DNA of 64,000 bases from Mobula hypostoma (GCF_963921235.1 NC_086097.1:64048001-64112000), one strand, 5' to 3'; positions 1 through 13,562 are shown, counted from the stretch's first letter. Translations and numbers: made by a program. The notes: generated from the sequence alone by a model not told the origin.

Positions 1-1231
1 GTAGAGTGGATAGGGGAGAACCAGTGGATGTGGTATATTTGGATTTTCAAAAGGCTTTTGACAAGGTCCCACACAGGAGATTAGTGTGCAAACTTAAAGC
101 ACACGGTATTGGGGGTAAGATATTGGTGTGGGTGGAGAATTGGTTAGCAGACAGGAAGCAAAGAGTGGGAATAAACGGGACCTTTTCAGAATAGCAGGCG
201 GTGACTAGTGGGGTACCGCAAGGCTCAGTGCTGGGACCCCAGTTGTTTACAATATATATTAATGACTTGGATGAGGGAATTAAATGCAGCATCTCCAAGT
301 TTGCGGATGACACGAAGCTGGGTGGCAGTGTTAGCAGTGAGGAGGATGCTAAGAGGATGCAGGGTGACTTGGATAGGTTGGGTGAGTGGGCAAATTCATG
401 GCAGATGCAATTTAATGTGGATAAATGTGAAGTTATCCACTTTGGTGGCAAAAATAGGAAAACAGATTATTATCTGAATGGTGGCCGATTAGGAAAAGGG
501 GAGGTGCAACGAGACCTGGGTGTCATTATACACCAGTCATTGAAAGTGGGCATGCAGGTACAGCAGGCGGTGAAAAGGGCAAATGGTATGCTGGCATTTA
601 TAGCAAGAGGATTCGAGTACAGGAGCAGGGAGGTACTACTGCAGTTGTACAAGGCCTTGGTGAGACCACACCTGGAGTATTGTGTGCAGTTTTGGTCCCC
701 TAATCTGAGGAAAGACATCTTTGCCATAGAGGGAGTACAAAGAAGGTTCACTAGATTGATTCCTGGGATGGCAGGACTTTCATATGAAGAAAGACTGGAT
801 GAACTGGGCTTGTACTCGTTGGAATTTAGAAGATTGAGGGGGGATCTGATTGAAACGTATAAGATCCTAAAGGGATTGGACAGGCTAGATGCAGGAAGAT
901 TGTTCCCGATGTTGGGGAAGTCCAGAACGAGGGGCCACAGTTTGAGGATAGATGGGAAGCCTTTTAGGACCGAGATTAGGAAAAACTTCTTCACACAGAG
1001 AGTGGTGAATCTGTGGAATTCTCTGCCACAGGAAACAGTTGAGGCCAGTTTATTGACTATATTTAAGAGGGAGTTAGATATGGCCCTTGTGGCTACGGGG
1101 GGTCAGGGGGTATGGAGGGAAGACTGGGGCGGGGTTCTGAGTTGGAGGATCAGCCATGATCATAATAAATGGCGGTGCAGGCTCGAAGGGCCGAATGGCC
1201 TACTCCTGCACCTATTTTCTATGTTTCTATG
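1..1231 (+). mobile_element. CR1 LINE, 3' part of ORF2 (reverse transcriptase) plus 3' tail, in the PSMA6 intron upstream of the first visible exon
   Basis: RT motifs YLDFQKAFDKVPH, GVPQGSVLGP and KFADDTKL. One TAG replaces TGG at 192-194. The element ends in the CR1 octamer tail TTTCTATG x2 (to 1231). Confidence 0.95.
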
Positions 1232-2706
1232 ATACCGAATTCCTTCCCAACAGAGGAGATAAAAGATTTGAGCTATGGATAAAGAAAGGTCTTACAACCT
1301 ACCTCTCATTTATAGATAAAAGAGTATTACAAAGTTTCCAAATCCTGCAGGACAAACATGGCCTAGAACACAATGACTTTTTTAGGTACCTTCAAGTACG
1401 AAACTATGTTAACCAGAGTTGTAGATATACAGACCTATCAACAGTAGAATTAGAATTTTTCAAGATTCTGAATTCGGCTTGCAGTTCAATACCTAGTAAA
1501 TCAGTTTCTCGATTATATAATGCACTCTCCCATGCTAAAAATGTAAATACACTGTATATTAAAGAGAAGTGGGAGAAAGAAGCGGGGTTGGTACTTTCAG
1601 AGGAGGCTTGGGGGAAAATCTGCAGCTTTCAATGGTCCTCGACTAATTCTTTGACTTGGAGAGAACATTGTTGGAAATCATTATAAGATACTTCAAGACC
1701 CCATATCAGGAAAAATATAAAGATACAAACGTGACGTGTTGGAGAAGGTGCGGCTCCAAGGAGGCAAATCATTTTCATATTTTCTGGGATTGCCCTAAAT
1801 TAAGTCTATATTGGGAAGGTATTCATAGAACATTAGTTAAGGTACTTAGGTCCCAGATACCTCTGAACTTTGAGACGCTCTATTTGGGGCATGTATTATT
1901 TCTTGAACAGAAGGAAGATATAAAGTTGCTGCAGGCCCTCTTAGCGGCAAGTAAGAAATCAATCACTAGAAAGTGGCTAAATCCAATACCACCTACATTA
2001 GAAGATTGGCACGAAATTATCTTGGAAATATTTAAAATGGAAAAGTTGACTTACTCCCTGAGAATTCAAAAAGAAAAGTTTTATCAAATCTGGAATAAAT
2101 GGATTGAATATATAACCCCAATGCGAGCAGACTTTAGATGACTCTCCTAATGATTTATACTGCTCTTCTCATCAACACAGTAATATTACTAACGTAAGCA
2201 CCCCGAGTCTAAATGTCTTTTTTTTTTGTTTTCTTTTGGAAAATGGAGAATTAACACAAGTAAAGGGAAAGATTTGGGGAAGGGATAAAAAATGAAAAAA
2301 TTAAGTAAGTAAGTACATAGGGATTGGATAATTATGTCTGTGGGCAGGAGCAAGCATGAACAAATTAGGATATAAACACCTACAATGGTTGTTACATAGG
2401 CTTACATACAACATTTTGGACCAGTGAAATGGTCCAGAAGAGTTAAATGGAAACTATTATTACTATTTTTCTTAACAACTAATACCATTACTTAGCCTAA
2501 TAGATTAGAATTACCACAGTACATAATTATCTATTTGTGTCTAATTTCCTTTTATATCATCTCCATGTGTACTTAAGAATGTATAAATAATTATAGTTTT
2601 ATACATATTAAAAAATGGAAAAGGTTATATGTGTGAAAAAAGTACATGATATTTGTGAATTCCTTATCCAAATAAAAATAAAATTTAAAAAAATAATTTA
2701 AAAAAA
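1232..2706 (+). mobile_element. L1/Tx1-type LINE 3' end (ORF2 C-terminus with CCHC zinc knuckle, 3' UTR, A-rich tail), abutted or interrupted by the CR1 copy
   Basis: The frameshifted ORFs 1232-1686 and 1656-2141 contain FFRYLQVRNY and CWRRCGSKEANHFHIFWDCPKL...KW, typical of L1-clade ORF2 ends. AATAAA and a poly-A-like tail lie at about 2670-2706. Confidence 0.8.
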
Positions 2707-3239
2707 GGAAATACACCAACCAGTTTGTATCCTGCAACAAGGTTGAGATCAATTTTAGTAATATTAAAATTACTGGATAAATATTCAATCACAGCTCTGC
2801 TTTTTCATCACTCTATGACACCCATATTTCAACAATCTTTCGATATTCGTAGCTCCTACTTGAATAATGATTGTTGGGATGATAAAAGCAAGAGAGTTTA
2901 TGGTCTGGGTGGAAGAAGGCTAAGAAAATGTGTAAACCTTGTAAAAAAGATTTGAAGGACCAAAATTACGAAAACCTGTAATTTTGTTACAAGCCTGCTT
3001 TTTACAAGAAGTTTATTGTATAATACTGGCACTGTTAAAGTCAGCAGCATGTATATATATCTACTGCAGAATTCCTCATTAATTCAAACTCACCATGGTA
3101 TTGGAAAAAAATGTCTGCAAATATTTGTTTTCAAATTTATTAGTATCTTTATTGCATCTGGAATTCAAGAAAGGATAATTGCTTTATGGTGGGTGGGATA
3201 TTTAACTTGCTGAACAAATTCAGATCTTGTGGGTGAAAA

Positions 3240-3360
3240 GCAAAAAAAACTGTTGATGCTGGAAATCTAAAATCAAATTGGAAATGCTGAGAATATCCAG
3301 TAGGTCAGGCTCCATCTGTAGAAAGAGTAATAGAGTTCATATTTCAGGTTGAATATCCAT
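3240..3360 (-). repeat. Old degenerate copy of the Penelope-like terminal repeat family; a second copy lies at about 3597-3690
   Basis: GATGCTGGAAATCT...CATCTGT motif is shared with the copies at 14720, 40735 and 60449. Confidence 0.5.
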
Positions 3361-4021
3361 CATTGGTACTTTAGATTTTTGAAAAACTGGATTTGTTGTT
3401 ACAAATACAGCATTTTTGCTTAGGAAAAATAGAAATGCCCTTAATGTATAATTCGGATGTACTGTATCAGAAAGACTTACTTCTTTCTGGCTGGCAGGCA
3501 TAGAATTGTGTTGTGACAATGATGAATTTTAGTAGAAAGAGGGTGTATCCAAATCATCGTTCTTTCTCTTCCCTTAAACATTTGACTAGTTAGCAAAAGC
3601 AATATACTGCAGATACTGGAAATCTGAATTTGAAAGATAAAATGTTGGAAATATTCAGTAGTTCGTCTGTGGGGAGAAAAGGTTTATCAATCTAAGCCAC
3701 CAGCTTGGTTACACTCTTGTTTGTTGTTTATACTTTTTACTTCAATCAGGATGTAGAAACCTTTACCTGAAAAAGTGATGGAAGCTGTTACAAGAAAGCA
3801 GTTTGAGGAGGACTGGTGACAGATGTAATGATGGTGATTTTGCAGGTTTACACAATGAGGATTTGGGGTTTTGTGCAACTGCACTTTTAGTGGGCCATTG
3901 TGAATATTATAAACCAAAATGCTGCCTCTAGTGCTACATATATCTCTGATTCCATGAAATGGCTATTTTAAACCATTTGTATAAAATGTTTTTCCACTTG
4001 GACTGTTCTCTCCTTCTGTAG

Positions 4022-4200
4022 GTATGATTCTGATAGGTGTGGATGAAGAGCTTGGAGCTCAGGTGTATAAGTGTGACCCTGCTGGTTATTATTGCGGTTT
4101 CAAGGCCACTGCTGCAGGAGTGAAACAGACAGAAGCCACAAGCTTCTTGGAAAAGAAGATAAAGAAAAAACTTGACTGGACTTATAACCAAACTGTAGAG
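4022..4200 (+). CDS. PSMA6: Proteasome subunit alpha type-6, antepenultimate exon (exon 5 by vertebrate numbering)
   Basis: Encodes (C)[60 protein letters not shown] polypyrimidine tract and AG acceptor lie at 4020-4021 and a GT donor at 4201. Length is 179 bp. Confidence 0.97.
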
Positions 4201-4299
4201 GTAGGAAAGTGCAATATCTTACAGTAATGATTAACTTATTTACCTGGTCAACTTACTTCCAATGTTGATTTTCTGTTATAGAGTTATCCAATATAGAAA

Positions 4300-5420
4300 A
4301 CAGACCTATAGGCTCAGTTACCTAACTGCTGCATTTGACCCATATCCCTCACAATTTCTGATCCATGTACTTGTCCAAATATAAATTAAATGTTGTAATA
4401 GTATCCACATCTTCCAGTTCCTCCAGCAGCTCATTCCACCACCCTCTATATAAAAATTTTGCGCCTCAAGTCCCCTTAAAATCCCTTCCTTCACTCTTTA
4501 AACTTATCCGTTATAGTTTGGACTCACCTACACGGGGGGGGGGGGGCAGAAACAATGGCTACTCACCCTATCTATGCTCTTTACAATTTTATAAACATCT
4601 AGTTGGTCATCTTTCAACCTTGGCCACTCCAGGGAGGACATCTGTACTATCTTTGTAACTCAAACCCTTAGATCTGTTTGCATTCTGGTAAATCTTTTTA
4701 TACCCTTTCCAGTTTAATGACATCTTTTGTGTCACTTGGTGACCTGAACTGTGCATTATTCTTAATGTGCTCTTACCAATGTCTAGTTTAACTGTAACAT
4801 GAAGTCCCAACTCCTGAACTCAACCCACTGACTAATGAACCCAAGTGTGCCAGACTTCTGCTCTATCCTGTCTACCTGTGTCACCACCTTCAAGAAACTA
4901 TGTATATTCACCCCTTGGTCTTTCTGTTCTGTAGCACTCCCCAGGACCCTGCTATTTACTGTGCAAGTCCTGCCCTGGCTTGCTTTACCAAAATGCAACA
5001 CCCCACATGTATCTGAATTAAACTGCATCTCCCATTTCTCGGCCCACTGACCCAATCGATTAAGATCCCACTGTAATCCTAAATAATCTCCTTCACTATC
5101 CACTATACCACCAAATTTAGTTCCATCAGCATTCTCCACCAGATCTTTAAACGATGAACAGCAGTGAGCCCAACATCAATCCCACCTGGGACATTTTTGG
5201 GCACAGGGCTCCAGTTTGAGAAACAACTCTTGTACAGTCAAGCCAATTTGATTTTCCAGTTGGCTAACTTGTCCTGGATCCCATGTGCTCTGTCCTAGCC
5301 TACCTACCATATGATATCTTGTCAAAGAGATTACTAAAATCCATGTACAATGTTTACCGAGCTGCCGTCATCTATGTTCTTGGTAACATTGTCAAAAAAA
5401 ACTTAAGTTTGTGCAACACA
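4300..5420 (-). mobile_element. Degraded CR1 LINE fragment in a PSMA6 intron
   Basis: ORF 4783-5139 (ADGTKFGGIVDSE...LGQWAEKWEMQFN) is homologous to the CR1 RT at 201-1232. Confidence 0.85.
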
Positions 5421-5549
5421 CTATCCTACATACAAAGACACACTAAGATTGTTAGATTGTTTCCTTTGAAATGTAATGAACCATAAATCGACATGCATTT
5501 ATGTTAAGATATGTACTCATTCTGAATTAATCTATTTTTTTACCTCTAG

Positions 5550-5645
<96 letters not shown>

Positions 5646-6000
5646 TAAATGAAACCTTTTCAACTGTACAAATCAAGTGCTGATCAAAGATTCTAAATTG
5701 CAAATTTATTGTCTCATTTTAATGCTAAGTTTATGTTTCTTGTTGATTTATTTTCCTTCATTTATGTAATTAGTATATTCAGTGTTAAGGATTTTGCAAA
5801 AATGTAACCAAATAAAATAGTACATTGTAATATACTTTAAACTACATAGACTACAGGGATGTTTGATAACAGTCTGTTTCTGTACATGTTGTTCCTGCTG
5901 CCTTACTGCTTAAATCATAGCTTCCTATTTTTTGCATGTGTTTGTCACTATTACAAAGTACTTCGGCTTGCAAACTTTCATTTTAACTTTTATTTTTCAG

Positions 6001-6058
6001 GATTCTTTCAGAAGCTGAAATTGATGCACATCTGGTTGCTCTAGCAGAGAGAGATTGA
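6001..6058 (+). CDS. PSMA6: PSMA6 last coding exon
   Basis: A TTTTTCAG acceptor is followed by (R)ILSEAEIDAHLVALAERD and TGA, the canonical PSMA6 C-terminus. Confidence 0.97.
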
Positions 6059-6161
6059 AATTCGTTTTGTTTAAGACTGTTTGTTACATAAGGAACACTG
6101 TTAATGGAAAGCTGTATGTTGCTGTAACAATGCTCATCTGCACTGTATTTTATTCTGTTCA

Positions 6162-6167
6162 AATAAA
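6162..6167 (+). terminator. PSMA6 polyadenylation signal AATAAA
   Basis: AATAAA lies about 100 nt after the stop codon and is followed by GT/T-rich sequence. Confidence 0.75.
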
Positions 6168-6589
6168 ACAGGTTTTTGAAAATAGTGTTCTTTAATATAT
6201 GCAGAAATGTTTGTGTCCTGCTAAAGACAAAGTAATGGGTTATATATAATAAGAAAGAAAAAAAATCAATCTGTCTGCTTCACTTCTGATAAACACCCAA
6301 ATTTCTCCACATTTAAAGTATGACTTGTAAATTTGGAAATTAGCAAAATAAGAAGATCTGGAATCCTCAGACATTATATAAAGTAAGAAGCCAATTCAGC
6401 ATCATAGGGGAACTGGTTTCCAATATGGCAATCAGCTGGTGAAAATACTATTCAGCAGCCATTTTCTTCTATAGTTAAATGTTGGGATAAAAAAACTTGG
6501 TTTGCTTTTTGAGTTGGCACTTCGCATGTGTTACATTTGAAGAGCAACTGCCAATTTTGAAAGACTGGTAACAACAGAAAGAAACGAAT

Positions 6590-6985
6590 GTTTTACAAAC
6601 TCTGAAATGTCACAAAGGCCTGTGCAGTGAATGAAGTACTGTTGAAATGTAATCATTGTTAGTATGCAAGATTAGCAGCAGCCATTTGTACATACCAAAC
6701 TCCTACGAACAAAGTTAAAAACTTGATACGTGGTTCTTTGTGGTGTTTCTCTGACCAATGCATTTTAATCAGAATGCTAAAGATAATGTCTCAGTTTTTC
6801 ATGTGATGCTCAGAGATCTTTTATGGCCACCTATGCTAATAGATTTTTATATGAAAAGTGGAATCTTAGATACTTCAATACTCCAACTCAGTACAACTCT
6901 ACCAGTCTCAGTATTTGTGCTGAAGTCTCTGAAGTGAGTCTTTAACCCTTAACTCACAAGCAAGAATGTTACCAGGACTTGGTGC
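6590..6985 (-). mobile_element. Old DeuSINE-like (SacSINE1/AmnSINE-type) element
   Basis: Recalled similarity to the reverse-complement Deu-domain SINE consensus (AATGAAGTAC..TTGAA.TGTA.TCA.TGTT...GCAGCCA.TT; GAGATCTTTTA..CCACCT). Not aligned computationally. Confidence 0.5.
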
Positions 6986-7479
6986 AAAAGTAAATGAACA
7001 TGTAAATTGCTTCTATCTTGGGCAGTGGTTGCAAGGTTTTTGTTGTATGCTGACACGAGAGTTCAGATGCTTAGTGCAAAGGAGGATAAGAAGAATTTTA
7101 ACACTTCAAAATTTAGAAAAATTAAATGAGTAAAAATGGGAGATATACTAGCAATTCATAGGAATATCAGTAGCCAGAAGATACATGAAGATAAATGATA
7201 AAAGAACCAAAAAATAATTGAGTACTGTTTTTATCCCCTAGATAATCTGGAATACACCAAAAGGGTGGTAAAGGTAATTCGGAGGAAGAGTCACTTGGAT
7301 AAGGGGGAAGAGAAGGCAAGTAGGGCTAATTGAGTGGCACAAGTTAAATAATACTGAATGATGTTGATTTGTTTGTGACACTACCAGCGAACTATTCACA
7401 GTTACTGTAAATCCATACCGAGCTTTAGACGGCAGTAAAGAGTTGAGTGTGGCTTTAGATTACAGTTGATTTACTAATG

Positions 7480-8900
7480 GAAGAACCCGAATCAGGTTTA
7501 TTATCACTGGCATATGTCATGAAATTTGCTGCTTGGCAGCAGTACATTGCAATACATAACTTTAAAAAGCTATAAATTAAAGTAAGAAATGTATATTTAA
7601 AAAAATAAAAGTAGTACAAAAAGAGAGAAAAATATCTAGTGTACATAGGTTCATTGTCCATTCAGAAATGTGACGGCAAAGGGGAAGAAGCTGTTCCTGA
7701 AACATTTCAATAATGGAGCAAGTGAAGTTACCTGCTTTGGTTCAAGAGCCTGATGGTTGAGGGATGATTTTTTTCGTGAACCTGTTTTTTGTAAGTCCTG
7801 TGACTCCTGTGTTTTATTCCTGATGGCAACAGTGGGAAGAGAACATGTCCTGGGTGGTGGGGGTCCCTGATGATGGATGCTACTTTCCTGTGACAATGTT
7901 TCATGTAGATGTGCTCAGTGGTGGGAAGGGCTTTACCCATGATGGGCTGGGCTGTATCCACCACTTTTTGTTGGATTTTCTGTTTAAGGACATTGGTGCT
8001 TCCATACCAGGCTGTGTTGCAGCCAATCAATATACTCTCCATTACACTTCTATTGCAGTTCGTCAAAGTTTTAGATATCATGCCAAATCTTGGCAAACTC
8101 CAAAGGAAGTAGAGGTGCTGCTGTGCTTTCTTCATAATTGCACTTAGGTACTGGGCCCGGGACAGGTCCTCTGAAATGATAATGCTGAGGAATTTAAAGT
8201 TGCTGACCATCTCCACCTATGGTCCTCCAATGAGCACTGGCTTATGGACCTCTGGTTACCTTATCCTGAAGTCAACAGTCAGCTCCTAGTCTTGCTGACA
8301 TTGAGTAAGAGGTTGTTGCTATGACACCACTCAGCCAGATGTTCATTCTCCTTCCTATATGCTGATTTGTCACCACCTTTGATTCAGGCTGTGACAGCAG
8401 GATCATCAGCAAAGTTAAATATGGCATTAGAGCTGTCCTTAGCCATGCAGGAACGGGAGTAAGCACACAGCCTTTTGGTACACCTGTACTGATGGAGATC
8501 ATGGAGAAGATGTTGCTGCCAAACTGAAATAACTAGGATCTGCAAGTGAGGAAATCGAGGATGCACTTGCACAAGGAGATACTGAGGCCAAGGTCTCGGA
8601 GCTTATTGATTAGTCATGAGGATATGATGGTGTTGAGTTCTGAGCTGTTGATGAAGAACATCCTAATGTATTCATCTTTGCTATCCAGATATTCCAGGGT
8701 TGAGTGAAGAGCCAATGAGATGGTGTCTGCTGTGGACCTGTTGCTCTGCTAGGTAAATTGGAGCAGATCCAAGTTGCTTCTCAGGCAGGAGTTGATATGT
8801 TTCATCATCAATTTCTCAAAGCACTTCTTCATTGTGGATGTAAGTGCTACTGGACGATGGTCTTTGAGGTAGGTTACTACGCTCTTCTTAGGCACTGATG
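7480..8900 (-). mobile_element. Rex1/Babar-type LINE, 3' part of RT and tail, degraded
   Basis: KKAQQHLYFL...ESILIGCNTAWYG...IIRDPHHPGHVLF motifs; GVPKGCVL and FADD remnants at 8400-8490; tail GATAATAAACCTGATTC. Confidence 0.85.
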
Positions 8901-8989
8901 AAGAGGGCAAGAAGGTCTAAAAGAAGTGAGGGGGGACAGCCGGCACATTTTGCGTGTAACATTTCCCAAGGATTGTGGATAATTAGGCA

Positions 8990-11765
8990 CTTGGCAGGAT
9001 TCAATAGAAAGAAGTTAGGTTTCAGCTGAGTGGCCATTTTGCAAATAGGCCAGTGCTAGAGTGGGGAATTGAGGATTTGGCTCATCAAGGCTTTAGCAAG
9101 GAGAGGCATAGGTTGTAAGTTGATTTTTTTTCATTTATTCTTTCTTTCTTATTGCACATTTAGAGCACTGGGGATGCCAGACAGGATAATGGCATGCTCC
9201 TCTTGCAGGATTTGGGATGGCAGGAAGACCTCCAGTGTCCCTGACAACTACAGCTGCAAGAAGTACATCCGTCTGCAGCTTGTAACAGTCCGTGTTAGGG
9301 AAAAGGAGCTGGAACTGGATGAAGTCTGTATTATTTGGGAGGCTGAAGGTTGATAAGACATACTGGGAGGTAGTTACACCCAAGGTGTGCAAGACACAGG
9401 TAACTGGGTGACCGTCAGGAGGGGGAAAGCAGATAGGCAGCTAGTGCAGAGTACTCCAGTGACCATTCCCCTCAACAAAAGGTATACCGTACTGCTTTGG
9501 ATACTGTTAGGGTGTGGTGGATGACTAAGCAGAAGAGAGCCACGGCGGTCAGCTCTCTGGCTCTGTGATTCAGAAGGGAAGTGGGGAGAAGTTATGAGCT
9601 GTATTGATAGGGGACTAATTGGATTGGAAAACAAAAAGGAGGTTCTGTGGATGATATGAGGCCTCCCGCATGCCAGGATAGGGACACCTTAGGTCAAATC
9701 CATAGCATTCTTAAGTGGGAGGATGAGCAGCCAGAGGTCGAGGTCCATGCTGGTACAAATTACATGGGTAGGAGGAATGACGTCCTGCAAAGTGAGTTCA
9801 GGGAGTTAGGTGCTAAGTTGTGATCTCAGGATTGCTACCTAGGCCTCGTGCTAGTGAGGTCAGAAATAATCATAGCGTTTAACACATGGCTATGGAGATG
9901 GTGCAGGAGAGAGGGCTTCAGATTTTTGGAATATTGTGTCTCTCTCAGGAAATGCAGGACCTGTATAAAAGGAATGGTTTGCACCTGAACTGGAGGTGGA
10001 CTGATATCCTAGCGGGAAGGTTGCTAGCACCACAAGAGGGTGTTTAAACTAGACTTGCAGGGGGATGGGAAACAGCACCAGAACAGATAGTGGAGTGCCT
10101 GTGAAGAACAATGTTGTTATGCCTACATACAGTCAGGAATCTAAAGGTTGAGCATGATGGGACTGAGCTGTATATATTTCAATACTGTACATTATAATCA
10201 CTATATAGAATACTTGAGAGAGTGTGATACTGGATCTCCCATTAGGGAATGAGACAGGGCACAACTGACAGAAGTTTGTGTAGGGGAACACATTATATTG
10301 AGTGATCATAATGCCATTATTTTCAAGGTCATGGAAATGGTGGGTCTAGTCAATGTGTTGAGATTCTAAATTGGAGAAAGGTCAATTTGGATGGTATAAA
10401 GGATCTGGTAAGTGTGGATTGTTTTCTGGCAAAGGTGTACTTGGTAAGCAGGAGGCATTCACAAGTGAGTACAGAGTTTGCATATTCCTATCAGAATAAA
10501 AGGCAAGGATAACAGGTTTAGGGAACCTTGGTTTTTGAGAGATATTGAGGCCCTAATTAAGGAGAAGGAGGTACATAGCAGGTACAAGCAGGTTGGAACA
10601 AATGAGGTAGTTATGGACTGTAAGAAGTGCAATTAGAGGGAAATCAGGAGGGCTAAATAAAAGCATAAGGGTTGCTCCAACAGACAAGGTGAAGGGAATC
10701 TTAAGAGCATCCACAGGTATATTAGGAGGATAGCAAGGGACAAAATTGTTCCTCTGCAAGATCTGACTGGTAACCTATGCATAGAGTCGAAAGAGATGGG
10801 GGAGATCTTAACTTGATTTTTTTGCATCTGTATTTACTCGGGAGATGGACAGAGTCAACAGATGTGAAGCACAGCAGCAGTGAGGTCATGGACCCTATAC
10901 AGATTACAGAGGAGGAGGAGTTTGCTGTCTTGAGGCAAATCAGGGTGGATAAATCCCCAGGACCTAACAAGGTGTTCCCTTGGACCCTGTGGGGGGCTAG
11001 TGCAGATATTGCAGGGACCCTAGTGGAGATATTTAAAACATCCTTAGCCACAGGATTGGAGGATAGCTAATGTTATTCTGTTTCTTAAGAAAGACTCTAA
11101 GAATAAGCTAGTCCCATGGCTTTGTGCATGTTAGGTTGTGTCTAAATAATCTTAGGAATTTTTCTAGAAAATTATCAAGAAAGCTGATGAAGACAGGGCA
11201 GTGGATGTTGTTTACATGGACTTTAGCAAGGCCTTTGACAAGGTCCCATATGGGAGGTTGGTCAAGAAGGTTCAATTGCTTGGGATTCAAAATGAGATAG
11301 TAAATTGGATCAGACACTGGCTTCACAGGAGAAGCCAGAGAGTGGTAGTAGATGGTTGCCTCTCTGACTGGAAGCCTGTGACTAGTGATGTGCCACAGGG
11401 ATCTGTGCTGGGTCTATTGTTGTTTGACATCGATATCAATGATCTGAATGATCATGTAAACTGGATTAGCAGATAGTGGACAATGAGGAAGATTTGCAGA
11501 TAAATCTGGACCAGCTGGAAAAATGGGCTGAAAAATTGCAGTTAGAATTTAATACAGACAAGTATACGGTGTTGCACTTTGAAAGGACCAACCATGGTTG
11601 GTCTTACACGATGAACAGTAGGGCACTGAGGAGTGCAGTAGAACAGAGGGATCTGGGAATACAGATCCATAATTCCTTGAAACTGGTGTCTCAGATAGGG
11701 TTATAAAGAAAGCTTTTGGAACAATGGCCTTCATAAATCAAGGTATTGAGTACAGGATTGGGATT
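8990..11765 (+). mobile_element. Near full-length but decayed CR1 LINE (ORF1 zinc finger and esterase, ORF2 RT)
   Basis: ORF1 has CSSCRIW...YSCKK..LQL...ELELDE and SGNH-like VHAGTN and GLHLN remnants. ORF2 has DKSPGP, YMDFSKAFDKVP and VPQGSVLG. Confidence 0.85.
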
Positions 11766-11819
11766 GGCTCAGAGCTTTTTCTGGTGACCTGGGATAGGTC
11801 AGCAGATTGAGCAACTTGC

Positions 11820-13127
11820 CACTGTTCGGGATGCCAACATGTCCAGAAGATGTCAAGAGCAGTGCCTCTCCATCTCTGGGAATGCCCTGCATTAACCTAG
11901 CGGAGGATTCATGCAGATTTTGCCAGACCATTCATTGGCACAAACTGCTTGGTAGTAGAGAATACAACTTTAAAGTGGCTGAAATGATCCCCATAGCTTC
12001 CATTACAGCCCCACACACTATTGAGATGTTGAGAAGCCTTCTGTCAAGGTCAGATGTTCCAGAACACTAAGTGGGTGACACTAGACCACAGTTTGTTGCT
12101 GAACAGTTTCAGTCATCCTGAAAGTGAACAGAATAAGATGTATTACATCTGCAAATACCACCCAGCTACAAGTAGCTTGGTGGAAAGGTTTGTCCAGAGT
12201 CTAAAGAATGTACTGTGAGCAATGCCAGCAGAACACACTACACTGCCACTGAACCATATCAAAATACAGCACACTCCACAACCAACAACTGACGAGCTAT
12301 GCAGTTATGCTTGTGGTCACGCTTGGATCTCCTCGAGCCTAATCTCAGAAGGAGTATGCAAGACAAGCAACTGGGACAAGTTGCAGGCTCCTCAAACAAG
12401 GAGGTTCAATCCTGGACAAGCAGTCCTGGAGAGGGACCACAGAGCTGATCAAAAGTGAGTACTCAGAAAGATAAAGGACAGAACTGGACCACTCTCCTGC
12501 ACACTGAAGATTACATCCGATGTCATCTGGAGACAACACATTGATCAGTTGAGGAACACAGAGTCTATTGATAGAGAAGAAAGGTGTCCAGAGCTGTCAG
12601 AATCACTTCCTGCAGTCCCAGAGTCAACTCCTACAGCCACCACGGGGAGGCCCCAGAAACTGCAATAGTTTCACAGCTGAAAATCTCACCTACCAAGCAG
12701 AGTGATTCCACTTATCAAGAAAGATATGGTCCCACAAGAGTAAGAAAGCCTCCACAATGATTAAATCTTTAGGCCTGAATGGGACAATTTTAAATTTACT
12801 GTGCTGTGAATGTCTGTATAGTTGTATTATATAGTGTACTGTGTGTAACTTGAGATGCATTCTATATTGAGTTGAAGTTTATAACTAAGCAGGGAGGAAT
12901 GTTGTGTATTTAATATTTCAGTAATATTGTGAATATGCTATTGATTAAGCATTCTTTATGTGTTTAAATAATTCATTACAGGTTATATGTAAAAATATGT
13001 AAGCTGCGTTCATCATGACACTACCACATAATACGTGCTTGCCTCACTTAAAGAAAGTATGACTCACTTTTCAGACTCCTGTCTTTTCCTTTCAATTAGT
13101 TTAATGTTAGAATTACAATATGTAACA
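11820..13127 (+). mobile_element. Gypsy LTR retrotransposon 3' fragment: integrase remnant, PPT and 3' LTR (12900-13127)
   Basis: Integrase-like TIEMLRSLLSR.DVPEH and ERFVQSLK remnants. The purine tract AAGCAGGGAGGAA sits immediately before TGTTG at 12900, and the LTR ends in TAACA at 13127. Confidence 0.75.
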
Positions 13128-13129
13128 GG

Positions 13130-13562
13130 GGCCAGTGCACAGGATTGGCAAAAGTTACAGTACTTGTAAACTCAGCCAGCTCTATCATGGGCACTAGCCT
13201 CCCAGCATTCAGACACCTTCAAAAGGTGATGCCTCAAGAAGGTGGCATTCATCACTGATGTCCCCTCATCACCCAGGCCATACCCCCCTTCTCATTGCTG
13301 CCATCAAGGAGGAGGTACAGGAGCCTGAAGACACATCCTCAATGTTTCAAGAATAGCTTCTTCCCTTCTTCCATCAGATTTCTGAATGGACAATGAACTC
13401 AGTAGTTTTCCTCTTTTTGCAGAACATTTAATTCAATGTTTTATATACTGTGTATATTTCTTATCGTAATGTATAGCTTTAATAATTATATATTGCAATG
13501 TACTACTGCCACAAAACAAGAAATTTCACAATATATGCCAGTGATATTAAACCTGATTCTGA
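13130..13562 (+). mobile_element. Rex1/Babar LINE 3' fragment
   Basis: Same CACCCAGG..ATG.CC..TTCTCATTGCTGCCATC...AGGTACAGGAGCCTGAAG and AAACCTGATTCTGA tail as the other copies. Confidence 0.8.

Noticed and set aside
47..994. Long minus-strand ORFs (47-451, 470-994) and similar ones at 33240-35244
   Set aside because: They are antisense shadows of CR1 RT coding sequence, not genes.
1156..1686. 176-aa ORF spanning the CR1 tail and L1 sequence as a possible fusion gene
   Set aside because: Its start lies in the CR1 3' UTR, so it is an accidental read-through across an insertion junction.
7728..8216. ORF resembling the DUF1891 / 'ALKBH8 N-terminal' type domain
   Set aside because: It is the Rex1/Babar RT C-terminus, repeated many times in the window with stops and frameshifts.
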